Source of the DNA: a virus
IMG/VR virus record: IMGVR_UViG_3300018876_000008
Coordinates: 105,338-169,337 of that record
DNA: 64,000 nucleotides
Direction: 5' to 3' (one strand)
A model generated the notes under the pieces. That model was given only the letters and a program-made list of their open reading frames with translations. It did no database searches and was not told the origin of the DNA. Below are positions 56,898 through 64,000 of this stretch, piece by piece. The position numbers and the translations under genes are program-made. Each line of letters opens with the position of its first letter. The stretch's first letter is position 1.

Positions 56898-58152
56898 AGA
56901 ACAAATAGAGTATGATGGACCTGAAAGAATGGACCAAGGAATTCAGTCTAAATTAGAGAAAGGAGAAACACCATTATCTGATAACCCTGCACTACCGAGA
57001 AAAGACGATGATGAATTTGATAATTCATTTGAACAATTAATTGCATCGAAAAGATTTAGAGATGTAGTTGAAAAAGTAAAAAGATATACTGGTGTACAAG
57101 AAGTGACTCAGAATCAATTAATGAATCTTCAAGGTATGATGATGCAGGCAGTACAACAAGTAAAACAAATTGAATCTAATAATGAGGGTTATTTAGAACA
57201 ATTAGCAGTTGAGCTCGTTAAAAAAGAATTATCTTTACCTGATGACGCATTTCAATACGATGTAGAGTTAACATCTATGCCGGGTCAAATTGATATGTCA
57301 GGAATGAAAAAAGATTCAGAGGAACCTGAAGATGAAGACGTTATTGAACAGTTTGGTGTTAGTGAAGATGAAGCTGAGGATGACTTAGAAAACTTTATGG
57401 CTGCATTTGAAAAGTTTGATTTAGAAAAGGCTAAGAGGAGATTTATTAATTCACTTATTCAGGGAGCATCTAAAAAAGGACATTACATGTTCCATTTAGT
57501 TAAGGATGAATTAGAAAATATAAATCCTCAACTATTAAATCTTTATGGTGTTTTAATGTCAGTAAACGATTTACTTTATTGGATTTTACCTGACCAAATG
57601 GTTATGATGGCGGCAGAAAGTGGACAAGGTATGGAAGGTAAAGAAGAAGTTGATGAAACTACTGACCCACCAACAATAAAAGCCAAAGGATTATTTTTCC
57701 CTATATTGGTTCATGAATTACTAAAAGGAGTATACGAAGTATTAGGAACTCAAGGATTACCTGATGACCCTAAAGCTGCCGAAATGGTTATGGCTTCACA
57801 AGATACATTACCTTATGAAATATGGGATTTACGTTTAGGTCCTGTAATTTGGGAAAAGTTTATGGAATCTTATCCTGACAAACTTTACCAAGAAGATTTA
57901 AGAGAAATTCAAAACTATTTATTTTCAAGATTTTCTTCATTAACAACTGACGAGTTTTTTGATGTTGCAAAAATGATAATGTCAGGGTCAGATGAAGGTA
58001 AGAAAATTGTAGAGAAAATGGTTGATGAGATTATTGAAGAGTTAAAATCTCAAGATTATGAAGACGCGATGTCACAGTATGATGACGATGATGATGACGA
58101 TGATGATGGTCTTGCGGGTCTTTTAGATGGTTTGGGTATTTCTTTATCATAA
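56881..58152 (+). CDS. conserved hypothetical protein upstream of terminase
   Basis: KRRFINSLIQGA, FPILVHEL.KG, E.WDLRLGP. Confidence 0.7.
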   Translation: MKKKIKEQIEYDGPERMDQGIQSKLEKGETPLSDNPALPRKDDDEFDNSFEQLIASKRFRDVVEKVKRYTGVQEVTQNQLMNLQGMMMQAVQQVKQIESNNEGYLEQLAVELVKKELSLPDDAFQYDVELTSMPGQIDMSGMKKDSEEPEDEDVIEQFGVSEDEAEDDLENFMAAFEKFDLEKAKRRFINSLIQGASKKGHYMFHLVKDELENINPQLLNLYGVLMSVNDLLYWILPDQMVMMAAESGQGMEGKEEVDETTDPPTIKAKGLFFPILVHELLKGVYEVLGTQGLPDDPKAAEMVMASQDTLPYEIWDLRLGPVIWEKFMESYPDKLYQEDLREIQNYLFSRFSSLTTDEFFDVAKMIMSGSDEGKKIVEKMVDEIIEELKSQDYEDAMSQYDDDDDDDDDGLAGLLDGLGISLS

Positions 58153-58172
58153 AAAAAACTTATTATGTATAG

Positions 58173-59945
58173 ATGGGACTGTCAAGAGAACAAGCTTTAT
58201 TGGAGTATGCTAAATGTGTAAAGGATACACCTTACGCTCTTAAAACCTATCTACAAACTTACGATAACACACAATCACAATACGTTCCTTTAGAATTATT
58301 TTCTGACCAAAAGACACTCATAAATGACTATGACAATTATGAGGAAAATATTGCATTGAAGTATAGACAGGCGGGAGTATCTACAGTAACGGCCGCTTGG
58401 TCATCTAAAAAATTAGTAACCGCTTCTAAGAAAAAACCTGAAAAGATACTGATTATTGCAAATAAGTTAGACACTTCTCAAGAATTTGCAAATAAAGTTA
58501 GAAGTTTTATAGACCAATGGCCATCATGGTTTGGAATATCTTATTCTAATGAAAAGAATTCACAAAGACATTTTAAATTATCTAACGGGTGTGAAGTAAA
58601 AGCAGTTGCAACCTCAAAAGATGCACTTCGTGGTTATACTCCAACAATACTTATTTTTGATGAGGCAGCGTTTATCGATGCCGATGATGACTTTTGGTCT
58701 GCATGTATGGCCTCACTTTCTACAGGTGGTAAGGTAATAGTTATTTCTACACCTAATGGATTTGACCCAATTTATTATACCATATATGACCAAGCGTTAA
58801 GAGGTATGAATGATTTCAAAATAACTGAAATGTATTGGTACCGTGACCCTCGTTATGCCAAAGATTTAAAACTTATAAAATGTAATGATATAATACATTA
58901 TATGTTAAATCGTGAAGATTATGACGATAATAAAATTGTTGTCGATTATACTCACATTAACCCCCGTGAAAGAGATTATGATGAAATTAAGCAAAAAATC
59001 GCAGACGGATACAAAGTTTATTCTTCGTGGTTCGAAGGAATGGCTAAAAAACTTAAATTCGATAGGAGAAAAATCTCACAGGAATTGGAATGTAATTTCT
59101 TGGGTTCAGGTGATAACGTCATCCCAAGTACAACGATTGAAATAATTAAGCAAAACTTTATACAAGAACCTAAGAATAAATTTATTGGGGGTTCATTATG
59201 GCAATGGAAAGAACCCGTACAAGGACATAAGTACATAATGGGTATTGATGTATCTCGTGGTGATAGTGAAGATTATACTACATTTACTATAATTGATTTT
59301 GAAACAAGAGAACAGGTTTTAGAATATTTAGGTAAAGTACCACCAGATGTCATTGCAGAAATTGCATTTAAATGGGCCACTATGTATTCAGCCTTTGTTG
59401 TAATTGATATTACAGGAGGTATGGGTGTATCAACATCAAGAAAACTACAAGAATTGGGTTATAAAAATTTATATGTTGAAGGATTAAATACTGCAAACAA
59501 ATGGAAATATAATCCTAAGGCACTTGAAAAAATACCGGGGTTAAACTTTAATAACAAAAGGGTTCAGATTGTTGCGTCATTTGAAGAGGCTTTGAGACAT
59601 AATTTTGAGATACGTTCTTCAAGATTATTAAATGAACTTAATACGTTTGTTTATATAAACGGAAGACCTGACCACCAAAAAGGTCAACATGATGATTTAA
59701 TTATGGCAATTGCTATGGCGATATATGTTGGTGAAAATTCATTTACACAGTTAGAAAAAGTGACTGAACAAACTAAAGCAATGATGGAAAGTTGGATGGT
59801 AAATGAAACTCCTGTAAAAAACACCTCTAACGATTTTAATCCAGGTATACCTGTTATGCCAGGAGGAATAAACCACCATAGAAGAAACGGACAGGCTAGT
59901 AAGCAAGACTATCAGGATAATTCATGGTTATTTGGAAGATTTTAA
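58173..59945 (+). CDS. terL: terminase large subunit (T4 gp17-like)
   Basis: KYRQAGVST Walker A, LIFDEAAF Walker B, ISTPNG, QELECNF, GIDVSRG, HDDLIMA. Confidence 0.95.
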   Translation: MGLSREQALLEYAKCVKDTPYALKTYLQTYDNTQSQYVPLELFSDQKTLINDYDNYEENIALKYRQAGVSTVTAAWSSKKLVTASKKKPEKILIIANKLDTSQEFANKVRSFIDQWPSWFGISYSNEKNSQRHFKLSNGCEVKAVATSKDALRGYTPTILIFDEAAFIDADDDFWSACMASLSTGGKVIVISTPNGFDPIYYTIYDQALRGMNDFKITEMYWYRDPRYAKDLKLIKCNDIIHYMLNREDYDDNKIVVDYTHINPRERDYDEIKQKIADGYKVYSSWFEGMAKKLKFDRRKISQELECNFLGSGDNVIPSTTIEIIKQNFIQEPKNKFIGGSLWQWKEPVQGHKYIMGIDVSRGDSEDYTTFTIIDFETREQVLEYLGKVPPDVIAEIAFKWATMYSAFVVIDITGGMGVSTSRKLQELGYKNLYVEGLNTANKWKYNPKALEKIPGLNFNNKRVQIVASFEEALRHNFEIRSSRLLNELNTFVYINGRPDHQKGQHDDLIMAIAMAIYVGENSFTQLEKVTEQTKAMMESWMVNETPVKNTSNDFNPGIPVMPGGINHHRRNGQASKQDYQDNSWLFGRF

Positions 59946-59992
59946 TTATTTAGTTTAATTCAAAAACTCTTACTATTTATGTAAAAAGAAGT

Positions 59993-61855
59993 ATGGCAGA
60001 AAATTATACTATATGGCAACGACTTACTAAAGTGTTCGGTCCTGACTCAACGTTAGACCAACAAGCGCCTACATTTAAGTTTGATAAGAAAGAACTTTTA
60101 AAGACTCCTGATAAAAAGGAGTATGAAAGAGAAAGGTTACAAGCACAACAAACTTTATATCTTGGTCAACAATGGCAAAAGATAGAAAATAATCTATATA
60201 CACAAGCAGTATATTACGAACCTACAAGATTAGCGTCATTTTATGATTATGAGAGTATGGAATATACTCCTGAAATATCTGCAGCTTTAGATATATACGG
60301 TGAAGAATCAACAACAGCAAATGAAGATGGATACATATTACAAATTTATTCAGAAAGTAAACGTATTAAATCAGTACTTGGAGACTTATTTAACAATAGA
60401 CTCGACATTAGTACTAACCTACCTATGTGGACGAGAAATACTTGTAAATATGGAGATAATTTTGTCTACCTAAAGTTAGACCCTGAAAAGGGTGTTGTAG
60501 GTTGTCAACAATTACCTAATATTGAAATTACTCGACAAGAAAGGGGTATGAAGATGAAGCCTGAGAGAAACAGTACTGATACTGAGAACGACGCATTAAA
60601 GTTCTTATGGCAAAATAAAGATATGGTTCTTAATACATGGGAGATGGCTCACTTTAGATTATTAGGTGATGACCGTAAATTACCTTATGGTACTTCTATG
60701 TTAGAAAAAGCGAGAAGAATTTGGAAACAACTAATTCTTTCTGAAGATGCTATGTTAGTATATCGTACATCAAGAGCACCTGAAAGAAGAGTATTTAAAG
60801 TGTTTGTAGGTAATATGGATGATAAGGATGTTGAACCATATGTACAAAGAGTCGCCAACAAATTTAAAAGAGACCAAGTAGTTGATTCCAATAACGGTAA
60901 TGTTGATTTAAGAATGAATCAAATGGCAGTAGACCAAGATTATTTCATTCCTGTTAGAGATGCTAATGCACCTAACCCAATTGATACTTTACCAGGAGCT
61001 CAGAACTTATCTGAAATAGCAGATATTGAATATATTCAAAAGAAATTATTAACCGCACTTAGAGTCCCTAAAGCATTTTTAGGGTTTGAAGAGGTTGTTG
61101 GTGATGGTAAAAACTTAGCTTTACAAGATATTAGATTTGCACGTACTATTAATAGAATACAAAAATCTATGATTCAAGAACTTAATAAGATTGCTATCAT
61201 ACACTTATATTTATTAGGTTTTGAAGATGAGTTAAATAATTTTACTTTAGGATTAACAAATCCATCTACTCAGGCGGATTTACTTAAAGTTGAACAATGG
61301 CAACAAAAAATACAATTGTATCGTGACGCAGTGTCTGACCCAGGTAATGGGATACAACCTGTATCTTCTTCGTGGGCTAAGAAACATATACTCGGTTTTT
61401 CTGATGAAGAAATTAAATTAGATTTACAACAACAAAGAATTGAAAAGGCTGTTGGAGCAGAACTTGAAAAAACTTCAGAAACTATTTCTAAAACAGGAAT
61501 ATTTGCAAACATAGATAAATTATACGGTAATAAACCTGGAGAAGGTGGTGCACCTGAAGGGGAAGTTACTGAACCTTCCGATACAGGTTTTGGCGGAGGT
61601 GACTTCGGTGGCGGGGGAGACTTCGGTGGTGGAGGTGATTTAGGTGGTGACTTAGGTGGAGATTTAAGTGATACAGGAACTGATACGGGTGGAGACACTG
61701 GTGGTGAAGTAACACCTGAAAGTATTGAAAATAAAGATTTAAATATGATTTTAGAAAATGATATGATTAATGGTATATCTGAAATAGATTTATCAAAAGG
61801 TAGAGTTTCATTAGGTAAAATCGAAGATGAATTGAAAACATTACTAGATGACTAA
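59993..61855 (+). CDS. portal protein (T4 gp20-like)
   Basis: YGTSMLE, EDAMLVYRTSRAPERRVF, DYFIP, IDTLPG; Gly/Asp-rich C-terminal tail. Confidence 0.95.
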   Translation: MAENYTIWQRLTKVFGPDSTLDQQAPTFKFDKKELLKTPDKKEYERERLQAQQTLYLGQQWQKIENNLYTQAVYYEPTRLASFYDYESMEYTPEISAALDIYGEESTTANEDGYILQIYSESKRIKSVLGDLFNNRLDISTNLPMWTRNTCKYGDNFVYLKLDPEKGVVGCQQLPNIEITRQERGMKMKPERNSTDTENDALKFLWQNKDMVLNTWEMAHFRLLGDDRKLPYGTSMLEKARRIWKQLILSEDAMLVYRTSRAPERRVFKVFVGNMDDKDVEPYVQRVANKFKRDQVVDSNNGNVDLRMNQMAVDQDYFIPVRDANAPNPIDTLPGAQNLSEIADIEYIQKKLLTALRVPKAFLGFEEVVGDGKNLALQDIRFARTINRIQKSMIQELNKIAIIHLYLLGFEDELNNFTLGLTNPSTQADLLKVEQWQQKIQLYRDAVSDPGNGIQPVSSSWAKKHILGFSDEEIKLDLQQQRIEKAVGAELEKTSETISKTGIFANIDKLYGNKPGEGGAPEGEVTEPSDTGFGGGDFGGGGDFGGGGDLGGDLGGDLSDTGTDTGGDTGGEVTPESIENKDLNMILENDMINGISEIDLSKGRVSLGKIEDELKTLLDD

Positions 61856-61876
61856 TATTTATAATAAAAAAAGATT

Positions 61877-62611
61877 ATGAATAAATTTGGACAAATAAAA
61901 TCAAATATAGAATCTTTAATGACTGAGTCATATGGTAAAGGTTCATTTAAGAACCACATGAAATCTTTCAAAAAGAATATAATAGAGAATGAAAAACTTG
62001 CCGAAGCGTATTTTTTGTACGATGAACTAAGTAAGAAAAAAGGTCTTTCAAAGGATATTGTTGATGATTATGTTAACGAAAGTATTGAAACAATTAAAAA
62101 CATCATAGTATCTGAATCTAAAAATTTAAAAGAACTTAACATGTGGATTTCAGAAAATGTTACCAAAAATGTAACTAACGAATATTCTGATATTGATACT
62201 GTAGTATATAGTAAATCAGTTAAGAACTTAGAAAAAGTTTTAGAATGTAAAAATAATATAAAGAATTTAATTGGTCAAAATTTAGAAAATGTAACTGTTT
62301 CTGAATCTTTAAACATACCTTTAAGTTCAATGTTAAAAATTGCAACTAATACGTTTAACAAAGAATATGGTAATATTAGTGAAGAGGATAAGAAAGAATT
62401 GAAAAATCTTTTATCCTTAAACAAAAGTCAATTATCTGAAGAGATAACAAAATCAAAAGAAATTGTTTTAGAAAAATTATCCGAAAAAGTAAATGAATCT
62501 AATGATGAGGATTTAAAACAAAAAGTTACTCAAACAATTGAAAGGATTAATGAAACAAAAGACTCTTTAGTTTCTTTATATAAGTTAAGACAGTTAGAAC
62601 AAGGTTTATAA
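61877..62611 (+). CDS. hypothetical head-module protein
   Basis: Between portal and protease; late motif at 61856. Confidence 0.7.
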   Translation: MNKFGQIKSNIESLMTESYGKGSFKNHMKSFKKNIIENEKLAEAYFLYDELSKKKGLSKDIVDDYVNESIETIKNIIVSESKNLKELNMWISENVTKNVTNEYSDIDTVVYSKSVKNLEKVLECKNNIKNLIGQNLENVTVSESLNIPLSSMLKIATNTFNKEYGNISEEDKKELKNLLSLNKSQLSEEITKSKEIVLEKLSEKVNESNDEDLKQKVTQTIERINETKDSLVSLYKLRQLEQGL

Positions 62612-62632
62612 TATTAGATATAAAAAAAGGAT

Positions 62633-62824
62633 TCAGTCTTCTGAATCCTTTATTTTTTGTATATAAATGGCTTTTTGTTTTTGTTTCCTTCGTTTGGATG
62701 ATTTCTTTGTAAATTCTTTTTCACTTCTAAGCCTATCCAATTGCTTAGTCTTGTAAACTTTGTTTTTGTACCTTTTAAGGGCCCTTTCTATATTTTCTTT
62801 TTTTCCAACTTTGATTATTAACAT
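62633..62824 (-). CDS. rpsU: ribosomal protein bS21
   Basis: ENIERALKRYK...F.K.S..RR....KA.Y54, Bacteroidota type. Confidence 0.9.
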   Translation of the reverse strand: MLIIKVGKKENIERALKRYKNKVYKTKQLDRLRSEKEFTKKSSKRRKQKQKAIYIQKIKDSED

Positions 62825-62930
62825 ATACTGTCTATTATAAATAAATATATTGTAATAGTCAATATTTTGACATCCACCCTTTTTATGGTTATATTTTTGG
62901 TGTAAATAAACATTAGAATTATGAAATTAT

Positions 62931-63368
62931 ATGAAAAAAGGAAAAACGTCCCAATTACAGGGATACGAACATGCAAAATGCAGTTATGGAACAGTTGATG
63001 CAAAAAAATTAAAATCAGTATATGTTCTAATACAGAGTTGGGTTGAACCTACAGTAAATGTAAGTAATTGGTCAAGAACAACAGGTATGTTAGAAAGAAA
63101 TATAAAACATCACTTATTAGAGGTGGTGGACCCTATAATATTTGAAAAACATAATATTGTAGATTTAGATTTAAGGAGTAGTGGAATTCAATTAGGTAAA
63201 AGAAGTTTTATGAATTTAGAAATTACTTTATTCTTAAAAGAACACATGGACTTTAAATCTATAATATTAAGGGATAGAATAAAACAAATAGTAAACACAA
63301 TATATGGTTATCCATTAATGAAATCACAACATTTCATTTTACATAAAACTAAAAAACAGTCAGTTTAA
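62931..63368 (+). CDS. conserved hypothetical protein
   Basis: YGTVD.K...S.Y...SW..P; IVDLDLRSSG...KRSFM.LE. Confidence 0.7.
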   Translation: MKKGKTSQLQGYEHAKCSYGTVDAKKLKSVYVLIQSWVEPTVNVSNWSRTTGMLERNIKHHLLEVVDPIIFEKHNIVDLDLRSSGIQLGKRSFMNLEITLFLKEHMDFKSIILRDRIKQIVNTIYGYPLMKSQHFILHKTKKQSV

Positions 63369-63391
63369 ACTATTTATAGTAAAACTAGTAA

Positions 63392-63772
63392 ATGAAAGTT
63401 ATTATCACAGAAAATCAATTACTAAGATTATTTGAAGCAAATACAGTTTTAGATAATCTTAATAATTTGATTGACCCTAAAAAGTTGATATATAAATATG
63501 GTTACAAAGATTCAGTTGTGATACCAAGTGAAGTTTTTATGGAAGGTAGTATTGAAGATGAGGATATTACAATTCATGTAAGTATTGGTGAAGTAAGGTA
63601 TAATGGAGAGGATGTTACTGAATTTGCAAACAATTATGTTTTTTGGTCAGGGGAAGGTGATGATAGTGAGTTGGCATATAAATATAAAATGTTTATTAGT
63701 GACGAAATAAATAAAATATTAAGGGTAACACCCATTAAAACAAATGAATGGGATGTTCATTTAGGAATATAA
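63392..63772 (+). CDS. hypothetical protein with capsid-targeting-like N-terminus
   Basis: MKVIITENQLLRLFE; late motif at 63371. Confidence 0.7.
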   Translation: MKVIITENQLLRLFEANTVLDNLNNLIDPKKLIYKYGYKDSVVIPSEVFMEGSIEDEDITIHVSIGEVRYNGEDVTEFANNYVFWSGEGDDSELAYKYKMFISDEINKILRVTPIKTNEWDVHLGI

Positions 63773-63793
63773 CATATTTATTAAATAAAAAGA

Positions 63794-64000
63794 TATGAAA
63801 ATATTAGGACCAAATGATACGGGTAAAGGAATTTTAATCGAGTGGGACGCTGGATTTATAAACCCAAACGATAAACGTAACGCCGACATTATAAAAGAAT
63901 CGTATGGTCAGTTAGACCATTCTAAACCTTTCGAGTTCTATGCCGTATTACAGAAATACGACACCCCAAATAGAAATGGAAGAATTTACCCTGAACAAAT
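63794..64000 (+). CDS. prohead core protease (T4 gp21-like), partial
   Basis: MKILGPND...EFYAVLQKYDTPNRNGRIYP, running off the window end. Confidence 0.8.

Noticed and set aside
58173-59945. Intein or intron in the terminase
   Set aside because: Continuous 590-aa ORF without intein splice or LAGLIDADG motifs
2806-61698. Many short antisense or alternate-frame ORFs (e.g. 2806, 3120, 4150, 27577, 50246, 51611, 54562, 61270)
   Set aside because: They lie opposite or inside well-supported genes and have shadow-like composition
61585-61705. GGTGGAGAC/GGTGAC-type tandem repeats
   Set aside because: They encode the Gly/Asp-rich portal tail; no repeat-spacer pattern, so not CRISPR. No CRISPR array was seen anywhere in the window
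1-64000. Stop-codon reassignment, as in some large Bacteroidota phages
   Set aside because: Conserved genes are full length in code 11, TAG and TGA end genes normally, and there is no suppressor tRNA

Overview
AT-rich, densely coding 64-kb segment of a large T4-like (jumbo-type) tailed phage using the standard genetic code. The host is almost certainly Bacteroidota (Flavobacteriia-like): TAnnTTTG promoters, no Shine-Dalgarno sites, T9SS CTD proteins, Flavobacterium-type ClpP and bS21, and a tmRNA tag resuming at GET. The right end holds the head-packaging module (terminase large subunit, portal, antisense bS21, start of prohead protease). The middle holds accessory genes (ClpP, ClpC-like ATPase, MgsA, CysC, SlyD, PPK2 fusion, GT17/GT25, 2OG-Fe(II) oxygenases, amidase), a tmRNA and a minus-strand array of 8 tRNAs plus one tRNA-like RNA. 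Top finding: the tRNA array is preceded by promoter -> 23-codon leader ORF -> antiterminator/terminator. In the leader, 16 of the first 17 codons after ATG are read by the downstream phage tRNAs, which suggests a ribosome-stalling attenuator that switches on phage tRNAs when the matching host tRNAs are depleted. Other notable items: a tRNA-like RNA with a greatly expanded anticodon arm, a phage tmRNA/ClpCP/UVR-adaptor proteolysis set with a non-canonical tag, two T9SS-secreted proteins, an unannotated metallothionein-like peptide, and two promoter classes that differ by essentially one base. All family calls come from motif recognition by eye; no database searches were run.
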